DNA of 64,000 nucleotides from Lingula anatina (taxonomy: Eukaryota > Animalia > Brachiopoda): positions 5,394,001 to 5,458,000 of the forward strand of contig JBPQGU010000016.1 in assembly GCA_051362555.1 (NCBI GenBank). The letters are read 5' to 3'. The translations under genes and the position numbers were made by a program. Position 1 is the first letter of the stretch, and every line of letters starts with the position of its first letter. Positions 26,216 to 38,866 of the stretch are shown here, one piece after another. The notes beneath the pieces are model-generated. The model saw only the letters and a program-made list of their open reading frames with translations. It was not told the DNA's origin and made no database searches.

Positions 26216-28420
26216 TTAGTTTTTCTCAGTAAGTCGTCCTTTTACCACAAACAGTCCGGTGTAATCTGATCGAATGTCTAAACTTCTTGTATTATCTTCA
26301 TACCACACCATTTCGTCAAAACCAGCCGTCTTCAGAGCATTAGTGATTTTAGCTTTGTCAAGTGGCAGACAAAAGAACTTCTCTTTACCAACTGTGTAAT
26401 ACGTCTCATCCAACACTCCAACAAGAACGATGTGTCCCCCGTGACGTAGAAGTCTGGCTATTTTGACGAGCGCCCTCTGGTAGCTGGTGACATCATGACA
26501 AGCAGCCTCTAAACACAGGCTGCTGAGGACTGCATCAAATGGCTCGCCAGGATTTGGAGACAAGATGTCTTCTTTCGTGACATCGCAGTGTTTGACGGGA
26601 GTCATTTTCTCGCGGAAGATGAGCTGATTTTCCATCCATTTGCTCCTATAAATACCAACAGTTATGAAAGGTAAACAATTATGTGGCGTTCACTTGGATC
26701 AAATACACATGAACAAATAAACACCTGTAAGTAGATGTTTGCCATCGTGAGACACAAGAACCATGCAAATGATGTGCTCGTCTTTTAATAGCAGCTCCAT
26801 TTCATTTTCTTGATAAAACCATCTTTAATTTTTTTAACTTTATCATTTAGCAAATACCATAATGGCAAAAAAAATCGTTTTTTTTTTTTTTTTGATAAAA
26901 AAAAATTAACGTGATTGTATCTTTTAAAAATATATTTTTAACATCTGTACAAAAAAGATAATGTTATATACTTCTTCCATAGGAAAGGCCTGTGATGCTA
27001 GAATATTGCAAATGGTTCTAATTAATGGAATAATTGGTTAAATCATTTTAGTGACCATGATTATATACGATGGTACCTTTTTTGTTATGTTAAAAAAATT
27101 ATATGATTTCACTTCACTTTGGTGGCTAAAGCCCCCTTTACACTGGACGGCGTCCTTTCTGCGTCCTTTAGTACGGCCCCGTTCGAGAGTAAAAAAAATC
27201 TTTACGTGTCGACAACTGGCCGATCATTGAGCATTAATTCTGCAACCAAAGCAATGCTTGTGTCTCCTTTCTACAACCACAGCGATGCCAGTTTCCTGGT
27301 GGCACAAAGGACGCAGAGAAGAACGCCGTCAAGTTTAAAGGGGGTTTTTAAAAGCGATTGACGGAATCGCAGGAAATTGGTACAGCTAAAGGTAGAGGTT
27401 TTTGAGCACAAGTACTTTACACTTAATGGAATTTTAAATGCTTTGCCGTTTGAATCTTAGAATGCGCCATCCGAACACTTATTTATTTATTTATTTTTGA
27501 AAATTAAACTTACTCATCTCCGTCCAACTTGGCATGGTATTTGAAGTGTGGAGACCAGTCGTGGGCGGTGTCGTCTGCTGCCCACCATTTCACCAGCTCA
27601 TCTCTGTTACACTTGGCGTACTCACTCAGTGTGATCCTGTCGAACCATTTGGCGCTGGGAATGAGATTGGCAATCACCGGCCCTGATCCTATTTCCAAAA
27701 TGCGGCGACCTGTGATAGTCCCTGCAAATAAAAAAGAAGTCTCGAGTTCAAAGTTTTTTATCGGTCAGTGTGCCTCTACTTGTAATATCGCCATTGGAAA
27801 GCCATGAATAATTCGTCTTTCACAGCGAACTAGCTTGACTTACAGGTTCTGTATAAGTAAAATAATAAAAAAAGCAAAACAAGAAAACAAATATTGCCCC
27901 CAGGACGCCTTCCAAGCAATGGCGGTACTCTGTCATGACGCTCTGGACACCCCAAAATGATAAAAATAGCACAAATAAATGAATAAATAATAAATAATAC
28001 AAAAAAAAAAAAAAAAACTAAACCCTATTTCATGTCCCTTTTTATGATCCGCATATCTTTAAAGCGTTTCAGCAGGCCTTTGATGTCGTAGATGTAGGGA
28101 AAGTTGAGAGCCAGGGGGGGTGCAAGAAGGCCTAGACACCCCCTCCCCCCCCCAACACAAAGACTTTTTAGGCACGTCAAACATAAGTGCAGGGAGCATT
28201 TTGTAGGTGAGGGTATTAGCAGAAGGGGGTGACAATGTACTACACTGTAGTATACGATCGAGGAAATCCTACCTGAGGAAAATATTTTATGAAGAGTTTT
28301 CGGTATGAATATTGGTGAAGTGGGTTCTTCCGGCGTTCCTTCGAGTATGCACGATTTTAGATATTCTTCTGCACTGAATTTCTTCTGGTAGTCCTCTCCA
28401 AATAAAAGCATGTTGGTCAT
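26216..28420 (-). CDS. NNMT/PNMT/TEMT-family SAM-dependent N-methyltransferase, copy 1 (261 aa)
   Basis: Exons 28420-28273, 27721-27514 and 26645-26216 (148+208+430 nt, in frame). Motifs ILEIGSGPV, HDWSP, DAVLSSLCLEAAC and GVLDETYYTVG, as in NNMT/INMT. Confidence 0.9.
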
Positions 28421-29342
28421 ATTGTGTCAATATTAATTGTTGCTATCAGATGTTTCGATCCTTTAAGCCGCGTTTACAGCAAGCGGATACTTCCACGAAA
28501 TGTTGGTAGCTCTTCCAAGTCTCGGGCGTTATTTTATCTGCATAGGTGGCCTATCTGCGTTCTTACCAAACTTTGATGTCCCTGTAATAATAAGGATAAT
28601 CATAATTAATAATTAATTTTTGACGTGCAGCTTAGTCGAGCCAAGCAAGTCAAAGCATTAAATATTTTCACTCTCTTCGCCCCCTTTGTATGGATTCAAG
28701 GTGCACTAGCCAAACAGTATACCTACATATTCTTGTGTTTGTAAAGGTTTTTTTAAATGGGCCGTTATTGTTGATCTGACCTCATTTATTGCAGGTCCCT
28801 TTTAACTTTGCATATATTGATCCTCGGGACGACCGAACATGGAGTTACTATTTTTACTGAGGTAGCATACGCTATATACACACGTATAAGAAATCTGGGA
28901 ATACTTCGAATTAGTAGATAATTTGTCTCGATATTGACTTCATGGACGAATTTTATGTTAGAACTTACAGTTTAATGTCAACTAAGAAATTAGAAGGAGA
29001 GTTTTTCAACCATTTTTGCAAGTGCACTGATAAGCACAACAAAGAACCAGCAAAAGCGACGGAAATCCCCATAGCTAAAAATAATCCTTATCGTGTCCTT
29101 ACAGTGACACTGAAACTTATTCGCCATTTTATAGTGAATTTTCGCGTTTGTAACATTCTCAATTATTAGCAAGGGGGAATGATTGGATTTGTTTAACGTT
29201 TACTTTGACAGTGCCCAGTTTCATTTTGAAGAAGATTAGGCCTGAGAAAAATTTCAAACTTGCAGTCCAATCCTGCTGCCGGACACCAAAATAGTTACAG
29301 TTCCTTTAATCTTTTTCAGCCGCTTTAAGGAGGTTTGTAAGG

Positions 29343-29689
29343 ATGGATGCCACCAGACCAGAGTATATCCACAACCATCTGAGCCTTGACTTGAAGAATG
29401 AGATCACCAGAGATCAGTTTAAAGCCATAAAACAACTGCTCTGGGGCACAGTGGGGGAGGGCCCAGCTGGAGAAAGCAGAAGATGTGTGTCACGTGTTTA
29501 ACCTGATGTTTGACAAGGGCATTATTTCAATTGGAGAGTATGGTGTACTGAAGAGATTGGTGAGGGATGCTGGAATAGGAAGATTGGTTGGTGTCATTGA
29601 AGAGGCAGAAAACAGAATAAGGACGTGTGAGTATTTTAAACGTACCTTTATTTGGTATATGACAGATAAAGTGTATGTATTTCTTTCTC

Positions 29690-29726
<37 letters not shown>

Positions 29727-29899
29727 TGTGTGTGTGTGTGTTTGTGTAAATGATGTGTCAATCCTACGGTAAGTTCTGTTATCTTTCTTAAGATTCTGTA
29801 ATATTTTCAACAAAATGAGCTTTTACAGCAATTACAGCTGATTTTTGTCTTTTGTCACCTCCAGATAAAGCAAATGAAGACCAGGCCAAGAAGGAATAA
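29343..29899 (+). pseudogene. DED-only gene, subtype A copy 1, with a +1 frameshift (or homopolymer sequencing error)
   Basis: Near-identical to the 49749 copy but reads acagtgggggagg versus acagtggggagg. Exons 29343-29626 and 29865-29899. Confidence 0.7.
29696..29746. repeat. (CT)n(GT)n compound microsatellite in the DED-A intron (also 50096-50148)
   Basis: Seen directly in the sequence. Confidence 0.9.
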
Positions 29900-31660
29900 T
29901 TAAGGCCTTTTGGCTCCTTTGCAGCAGTGGCATCAATTTAGAGAAAGCTCACCTGAGGGAGGAATTTTGTGGACTTCTTAACTTAATTCACGCAAGTCTG
30001 TAGAATAACGTGTCTAAATTTCTGCAACCCCATTCAGAGACGGTATCTGTGTTTAGACCAACTTTCAGTTCAGCCAAGCCACCATTGAAGGCAATTGACG
30101 GTAACTTGAACCAGGTTAAATACAGGGATATAGTGTTGTGAACACTTAGCTTGCTTACCATTTGAAATGGGGCACTTCCGTGACAACTTTACCCCCCCCC
30201 CCCCCCCCCCCCCAAAGATGACATTGCAGACCACATCGTACACGAGCAATTCCTGATTTCCTACAGATCCAAGAGGACAACCTTTGCGTTGGCCGTCCAT
30301 ATCCACTTACAGGAACCCAAAATATAACCTCTGGATAGATATAACTCACCGAGCTAATACATACTTTACTGATCTGGCCTACAAATTTGCCTCAACGAAA
30401 TGCCAGGTCAAATCTCTGAATGTATATGCCTCGCCGAGTAGGAGGTCTATAGTCAGCCGTGCTTTCAGAGGACAAACTCTGACTGATGTGTGGAACAGTA
30501 CACAATGCCAGATCAAATCCTCAAAAAATAGTCTGAAGGAATGCCTTGCCGAGGTCTCAGACTGCAGTCAATGGAGATCATATACGTAATAAACTGTTGA
30601 AATAAATCTGTTGAATTGGTCTTAATAGTTCTTTGCTGTGAGAGAAAATTCAGAAAGCCTCATGCCTTTCAAAAAGTTGTTTCCAAAAAAAGCACTGTGC
30701 ATGCATTGTTGTTATTCGCCACAAAATCCTCCATGTGTTGTTTTTAAAGTTGTTTGAAATATTTTAAATAAATATTTGATGAAAGATTGAAATTGAATGA
30801 TTTAATAAAGACATATCACCCATGATGGCAATTGTTGTTTATTTATTACTTTAAGACGGGGAACAATTTAAGAAATTATATTTTGAAAGTCTACATAGAA
30901 AGGTCTCTTATTATCTTTGAAGTTAGAAATCAAAATCTTTTTTATCGGACACAATAAGAGAGGGTGGCAGTCGATGGGGTGGGGGTCTTTTTCGCATGCA
31001 GCATTGACATTTCTGTTTTAAAGTCATTTAACGGAAATCATACTTGCCGTCAATTCAAAATAAAGCCTATTTGTTATAGTGAGGAATGTCGACAACAGTT
31101 TGGAGCTTTCGAACGTTTATTCACCGACTCTCTTTTTCAGAGAATCTACAAATATTTATACTCCATTTTCCCAAAGAATTTTCCACTCACATATTACAAA
31201 ACGCTATTCAGTATTTCCTAATTTAGTAATTTCTTTGAGACTTGTTTTTAATTTAAAATATTTAAAATATTTTCCTAATTACTCATGCTTGGACCTTGTC
31301 CATCTCGAGTATGTATGAGTTTTACACGTGTTAGAAACGTGCAAATCTATAGAAAATTAACCAATTAAATCCAACTATATGTGACTTTGAAATGTTCCAT
31401 CCTTTGTTACTTCGAGAACAGTCTCTACACTTGTTGACACTTAAAGAAATTTAACTTGCACTCAATAACTTCCTACACATATGATTCTGTTTTAATTGTT
31501 TTGTAATCATTGAAAGTGTAATTCAATTGGTTTTCAACATATTCAAAAGCCTTACAAACATGAAAAGCAAGATACAGCTAGAGAGGGTGGCAATCGGGGG
31601 GCGGGATCTTTTTGGCATGCAGCCATTTCTGTTTAAAATTCAGGACACGGTACTCGTGCA

Positions 31661-32050
31661 TGACGTCAGTTCTAAGTAAAGCCCCTTTCAGAAGCCTTTG
31701 CAAATATGAGTAGGCCTACCGCTGTGAGAATTGGTCTTCGGGTAGCCCGAACGTCGAGTTGACGCCACTGACACTGAGCGAAGTACGTCAAAATTTTAAT
31801 TAAAATTAGTATACATCCTACATTATATCTAGAAAACATTCCTGGGGAATTGATTATATTAACATACATTTTATGTCAATCAATCAAATAATGACAAGCG
31901 AAAGCGACGGAAAATTCCATGACTAAATAAACTTGTCATCGCTAAATATAACCCTTGCCACGTATGGCTATCGATGACGCTGTCGCCATTTTGCAGCACA
32001 CACCCCACACGCGTATAAGAAATCTGGAAATACTTCGAATCAGAAGGCAA
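31661..32050 (+). promoter_or_regulatory. Conserved DED-gene promoter module: CRE palindrome, kB-like site, TATA-like box
   Basis: TGACGTCA 31661, GGAAAATTCC 31909, TATAAG 32014. The same layout precedes the copies at 36913, 42515 and 52728. Confidence 0.55.
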
Positions 32051-32402
32051 GTTGTCATTATATTAATTTCAAATAAGAATTTTATGTCATAAACTTTTAT
32101 TAATACTTTATCTCAGTATAATCATAATGTTAATGTTATTTTAGCAATTAGAATGGGAGTTTGCCAACCAATTTGACATGTGAATTGACAAGCATAAAGA
32201 TGACAAGCAAAAATTTCTATGACATTAAAAATTTCCCATCGCTAAAAATAAACCTTATCAAGTCCTCACCATGACACATAACTTATTTTCCTTTTTGTAA
32301 TGAATTTTAAGCGTTTATAAGGGCTTAAAAACTTTCAAACTTGTGGCCAGACACAAATAAATTTAGTTTCTTTTTCAGCCGCTATATTAAAGGAGGATTG
32401 TA

Positions 32403-33060
32403 ATGATGGAAGACAGTCCAGCGTATATCAACAACCGCCTGAGCCTTTCCTTGAAGAGCGAGATCACCAAAGATCAGTTAGAGAATATAAAACAACTGCT
32501 ACAGGGCAAAGTAGGGAAAGGCGAACTGGAGAAGGCTGAAGATTTTTGTTATGTGTTTAACCTGCTGTTTGACCGGCGCGATATTGACATTGGAGAGTAT
32601 GGTTTTCTTAAGAAGTTGGTGGAGGGTGCTGGAATACCACGATTGGTTGATGTCATTAAAGAGGCAGAAAATAGAATACGTAATTACTGTTTACTGTAAA
32701 AACAGTGTTTAGCTCCTAAACACATTTCTAAGCGCCTGTTTTGTCTCATTTTTCAACGCTCCTAAGCACTTTGGCTCCTTAGCATGTAACAAGCTTTTAG
32801 CCTGAATGTGTTTAGCAGTATTATATGCGTCTTTAACGGCTATATATATGTATGGTGTATATGATACGCTTTAAGGCGTTAAGGGTTTCAACGGTCTTAG
32901 CTACATTCATTCATTCATTCTATATATTCTGTTATAATTTTAATGAATTAAGCATCTTGGACTGATTTCTTACTTTCTTTTTTGTCTAGAGGAAGTTCAA
33001 GATGCAGCAGGAGCGCCCCAGGAGGCCAATACGGAATCAGTGGGCCATCTGTATACCTAA
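32403..33060 (+). CDS. DED-only protein, subtype B copy 1
   Basis: Pattern LSLSLKSEITKDQLENIKQLLQGKVGKGELEKAEDFCYVFNLLFDRRDIDIGEYGFLKKLV aligns by eye with FADD/caspase-8 DEDs. Exon 32403-32679, candidate exon 32990-33060 (QEVQDAAGAPQEANTESVGHLYT*); unspliced form stops at 32699. 5'-UTR acceptor at ~32378. Confidence 0.8.
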
Positions 33061-33742
33061 GAATTTAAAGCCTGCCGACCTCTCTTCAGCAACTTCTGCA
33101 ACTAGGAGCAGCAGCAGTTGAGAGTGACATTTTGTTTTTGTCTACTAGGACCACAGATTGATTTTTTACTAGATATTCACAGATATGTTTCTGTCCATTT
33201 TTGATTTTTTTCTGTGAGTATCAAGTAACATTAGCAGCCTTAATTTAAAGGTATAGGTGACGAATTGTTTTAATAAAGTGAGTTTTGTTTTAGGGGGAGG
33301 GGTACTACGTGACAAGATCTTAACCTCCTTACTTAGTACCTGTAGCTGATTAAGGTTTTAAGGTAAAAAGGATGCATTTTTATCAAAGATCGCTAATTAC
33401 ATGACCAACTCCGAATTTATATGTATTGATATGTAAATAATTAGTTGGACATTTTTTCTGAAGGATGTGTACCGTTGAAGTCATTATATGCTGGAGTGTA
33501 CATCTGATTTAAAACAGATCAAAAATGATGCTTGTAAGTGATAAGAAATTACTATCCTGTTCCCAAAATTCCCAAAATTAAAAATAATGATTTAGAAAAC
33601 ATGTTTGATAGCGTTTGAAATTAATAAATAAGATTGAAAAGAAATCGAATCAAAAGGTCGAAAATGCGATCAAAGTGGTACCTTTCGCGCCTTAGGTCCG
33701 TCCCTTAGCCCTTTTACTATGGTTTAATTTGTCAGTGATGAC

Positions 33743-35420
33743 AATGGAAATAAACTCATATCATTGCAGTTTGTCAGATTCAATCATCCACTATGTTCAG
33801 AATCTCAGAATGGAGGAAATTGGACATTTAACACTGTTCTGTTGATATTTTTCCCATCTCATCAACTTTCTTAGTTGATCATATAAAAATGGCAGTAAAC
33901 TGTTTATTTTGTTTTATGTTAAAAAAGTGTTAAAAATGGAAATAAACCCATTTCAGAACAGTGCTGTCTTGTTTACATTTTGGCATTTCCAAGGTGATCT
34001 GAATATCCATGATACTAATGTTTTATTATTAAAAATTAATGGTCATTATGCTGTTAAACATTATGTAAAATTGCATCAAAATTTGAAGAAACCCCTATTT
34101 TGGGCACTGCTCCCATGATGATCATTTAAGGAAAATCATGTCACTTACTGTTCTCAAACTTACAGGAAAGAAACATGGGACAAAAATACAGCTTCAGTAG
34201 GCAATGCAGTCTGTTTGGTAATTTTTTCTGGCAATTTAACAGTTTTTTGTGAAAAATTAATTTTTCCCATATTGGCATTTTTAAGGTGTGACTTTGAAGT
34301 TCTATGGGCCTGAAGACCTTTGCTAGTCACATTTTCTGAATGTCCATGTTACTAATATTTCATTATCAAAAATTGATGGTCATTATATTGTTAAACATTA
34401 TGTAATATTGCATCAAAATTTGAAAAAAAAACCTATTTTGGGCACTGCTCCCATGATGACCATTTAAGAAAAACCATGTCACTTACAATGCAATCTGCCA
34501 GTTTGGTAAATTTTTCTGGCAATTAAACAGATTTTTTGTGAAAATTTATATGATTTATGTGATTTAGAACCTCCACGGGCTTGAAGACCCATGCTGGTCA
34601 CATTTTCTGAAAATCCATGATACGCTTATTTTATTATTAAATATTGACGGTCATTATGCTGTTAAGTAATGTTGCATCAAAATAGAAGAAAACACAATTT
34701 GTGGTGCTGCTGCCATGTTGACCATTATGGGAAAACCCTGTTACTTATGACTGTCAAACTTTCAAAATAGAAACACAGGACTAAAATGCAGCCTGAGTTG
34801 GAAAGCAGTCTAATTGGCTTCTTTTTCTGGAAGTTATACATTTTAGTGAAATATTCATTATTATCGTTTTGGCATATTCATTGTGGGACTCGGAGCTCCC
34901 ATGGACATGAAGCCAAATGGTAATCAAATTTTCTCCATGTCTATGCTATTTATAGTCAATAATCAAAAATTGGTGATAATTATTCTGTAATTTATTATGT
35001 AATGTTACATCAAAATTGACAAAAATCTTTTTGCTCTGCTACTACAAACATTATGAAAAGAAAACTGTGTTACTTATTATTATTTTAAAATTACAAGTAT
35101 GATTTTTAGGATTGGCATGCAGTTCAAATCAGAGAGCCAGCTCAATTGGGTTATCATTTATTATTGAATTTATGCAATTTTGTGTGAATTTTTCATTTTT
35201 CTCATTCTGGCATTTTCAAAGTGGGAACTTGAACTCCCATGGGCCTGAAGCCTTATGCTTGTTACACATTTTACTTACAACGATATTACCTGTTGAGCAT
35301 AATTAAAATTTGACGTTGAATTTGCAGTTAAGCATAATGTACTTTTGCATTAGTAGTCTATTTTGTGCATTGTTATTTTCTGCTTTTTGTCTGTACATTT
35401 GACAGCTTTGCTGCCTTGTT
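33743..35420 (+). mobile_element. HINE family 1 copy, truncated at one end
   Basis: Reverse-complement match to 3692-6826; ends tgtctgtacatttgacagctttgctgccttgtt. Confidence 0.75.
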
Positions 35421-35425
35421 TTTAA

Positions 35426-35457
<32 letters not shown>

Positions 35458-36912
35458 GCTTTTCATATGTAAATCTCTATTTCTGGCAGAATAAATGGTT
35501 ACTGGTACCTACCAATATTATTGTCCTTCTCACTGGACACAGTTCTAAATATTTGATTGTTGGTGGAAGGCCGCGATAGGGTCACGGGGTGGCATTACAA
35601 AACGAACTTGAGATTTCAATCTTTCCTTTCATGGCCACTGAAACAAAACCTCCTCAAAGGAGGCCTTGCACCGGCTTATATCATGAGCGCCTTTGTCCTA
35701 GCTAAAGCTAGATATATACTGAACAAAAAATGAATTGACAAATATGGGTACAGATTGGACAACCCCACATCCCACCTCCCATAACACCCATGACGGCAAT
35801 TGTTGTCTTTTTATTACTTGAAGACTGGGGAAAATTCAAGAAATTATATTTTGAAAGTCTACATGTACACAGAATGGTCTCTTATTCTTTTTGAAGTTAG
35901 AAATCAAAACCTTTTTTATCGGACACAATAAGAGAAGGTGGCAATCGATGGGGGGAGTCCTTGTCGCATGCAGCCATTTCTGACATTTCTGCTTATAAAG
36001 TCATTTCAATGCATTGCCGTCAATTCAAAATAAATAAAATAAAATAAAGCTTATCAAAAGCCTTACAAACATGAAAAGCAAGATACAGCTAGAGAGGGTG
36101 GCAATCGGGGGGCGGGATCTTTTTGGCATGCAGCCATTTCTGTTTAAAATTCAGGACGCGGTACTCGTACATGACGTCAGTTCTAAGTAAAGCCCCATTC
36201 AGAAGCCTTTGCAAATATGAGTACCCGGTACCGCAGTGAAAATTGGTCTTCGGGTAGCCCGAACGTGGAGTTGACGCCACTGACACTGAGCGAAGTACGT
36301 CAACATTAATTACTATACATCCTACATTATATCTAGAAAACATTCCTGTGAAATTGATTATATTAACATACATTTTATGTCAATTAATCAAATAAAGACA
36401 AACGAAAGCGACGGAAATTTCCATGACTAAATAAACTTGTCATCGCTAAATATAACCCTTGTCACGTACTGGCTATCGATGACGCTGTCGCCATTTTGCA
36501 GCACACACCCCACACGCGTATAAGAAATCTGGAAATACTTCGAATCAGAAGGCAAGTTGTCATTATATTAATTTCAAATAAGAATTTTATGTCATAAACT
36601 TTTATTAATACTTTATCTCAGTATAATCATAATGTTAATTTAATGTTATCTTAGCAATTAGAATGGGAGTTTGTCAACCAATTTGACATGTGAATTGACA
36701 AGCATAATGATGACAAGCAAAAATTTCTATGACATTAAAAAATTCCCATCGCTAAAAATAAACCTTATCAAGTCCTCACCATGACACATAACTTATTTTC
36801 CATTTTGTAATGAATTTTAAGCGTTTATAAGGGCTTAAAAACTTTCAAACTTGTGGCCGGACACAAATAAATTTAGTTTCTTTTCCAGATGCTATATTAA
36901 AGGAGGATTTTG

Positions 36913-37483
36913 ATGATGGAAGGCGACAGTCCAGAGGATATCAACCTCAATCTGAGCGTTTACCTACAGAATGAGATCACTAGTGATCTGTTAAGGAAGA
37001 TGAAACAACTGCTATCAAGCCGCGTGGGGAGGGCCCAGCTGGAGGAGGCAGATGTGCTTTGTGTGTTTAACCTGATGTCTGACAAGGGCATTATTTCTGT
37101 TGGAAAATACGAAGAACTGAAAAAATTAGTGACGCGTGCTGGAAAACCACAATTGGTTGAGAAAATTGAAGAGGCAGAATACAGAATAAGTAATTACTAC
37201 CGTAAGTATAAACGTTTACTCCAACTATATATTACCGGTGCTCTGAGAGGGAGAGAGAGAGAGAGAGAGAGATTATTCACACAGGAGTGAGCACAGTGCT
37301 GAACAAACACAGCGGCCTATTCACTTACGTTAAGGTCTGTTGCCTTCCATCTAGATTTTTGGTATTTTGAATGAATTAAGCTTCTTGAACTATTTCTTAC
37401 TTTTTTGCCTAGAGGCATTTCAAGTTGAAGCAGGAGCTCCCCAGCAGGCCAATCAGGAATCATTGAACCAAATGTATACGTAA
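36913..37483 (+). CDS. DED-only protein, subtype C copy 1
   Basis: Exon 36913-37201 (|gtaagt) and exon 37413-37483 (QAFQVEAGAPQQANQESLNQMYT*); DED pattern as in the paralogues. Confidence 0.8.
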
Positions 37484-38866
37484 GAAGTTGAAGCCTGTCC
37501 ATCTCTCTACAGCAATGCCAGCAACTGGGAGCAGCATCAGCAGAGAGTGACATTTTGTTTTCTTCTACTAGGACCACAGATTGATTTTTCACTAGATATT
37601 CACAGATATGTCTCTGGCCATTTATGAACTTTTTTTCCTTTAAGTATCAAGTAACATACGCTGCCATAATTTAAAGGTATAGGTGACGAATTGTTTTAAT
37701 AAAGTGAGTTTTGTTTTAGGGGGAGGGGTACTACGTGACAAGATCTTAACCTCCTTACTTAGTACCTGTAGCTGATTAAGGTTTTAAGGTAAAAAGGATG
37801 CATTTTTATCAAAGATCGCTAATTACATGACCAACTCCGAATTTATATGTATTGATATGTAAATAATTAGTTGGACATTTTTTCTGAAGGATGTGTACCG
37901 TTGAAGTCATTATATGCTGGATTAAATCTGATTTAAAACAGATCAAAAATGATGCTTGTAAGTGATAAGAAATTACTATCCTGTTCCCAAAATTCCCAAA
38001 ATTAAAAATAATGATTTAGAAAACATGTTTGATAGCGTTTGAAATTAATAAATAAGATTGAAAAGAAATCGAATCAAAAGGTCGAAAATGCGATCAAAGT
38101 GGTACCTTTCGCGCCTTAGGTCCGTCCCTTAGCCCTTTTACTATGGTTTAATTTGTCAGTGATGACGAAAGAAATAATCTTCCACTATGTAGTGCCTTAT
38201 CAAAAATCTCTGGCATATACGGATTTTGAATTGTTTATTGATGTATTTCTTTTTATTATTATTATTATTTTGCAGAATATCATATTTTATACGTTTCAGT
38301 TCCAGTGTGATATACATGTATCAACCTTTCAATTTACTTTCACAAACTATTAGTATATAGTATTGTTCATCTGTTTGATGTGAATACTTTCTGACTTTAT
38401 ATCATGGACAGTCTAATTTCTAATCGTAATCACATCTATTTTCCTTTTGATATTCACGTTTTAACCACATGTAAACACCAAAAAGACGTAAGTATTATTG
38501 ATATTGTAATTGTTCTCTATGACATCAACTGTGATATTCAGTTGGAGTAAATAGTTTGATCTGTACTTAGCATCACTTATGTTGTGGGGGTATAAGTACA
38601 GAATAGAAGACAGTCTGTAATACCGAGGTCAGGAGTGTATGTGAGCAGATATTTGGCGTGTAGAGCAATCCTGGCAAATGATCATGAAATACTCTTATGT
38701 ATATATCCCTATATAACTATTTGTGTAATGATGGTGGTTACTTATACGTGTATTTTTTATATATGATATAGTTTGTTGTATTGTCCATGATCGTACCTTT
38801 TGCTGAAAGTGTGAATCAATAAAGGATGTGAATCTGAATAGCGGCTTGTGATCTATCTATACACCG

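Larger units (their letters stand above)
23220..33200. repeat. Segmental duplication copy 1 (NNMT-like + DED-A + DED-B); paralogous to ~45225-53500
   Basis: Colinear high identity starting at aaacttgtaatatgttgtgttcagcaaacaag in both blocks, with indels. Confidence 0.93.

Noticed and set aside
29326-29345. Shine-Dalgarno-like (T)AAGGAGG 6-10 nt before the ATG of all six DED genes
   Set aside because: The genes have spliceosomal acceptors and introns and a metazoan domain. The motif is inherited from one ancestor and is better explained as a purine-rich exon start; there is no evidence of bacterial origin.
30284-30589. 101-aa ORF downstream of DED-A as a possible further domain
   Set aside because: The paralogous region (~50630-50940) has several indels that break the frame, and no motif is recognisable. 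At most a decayed coding remnant.
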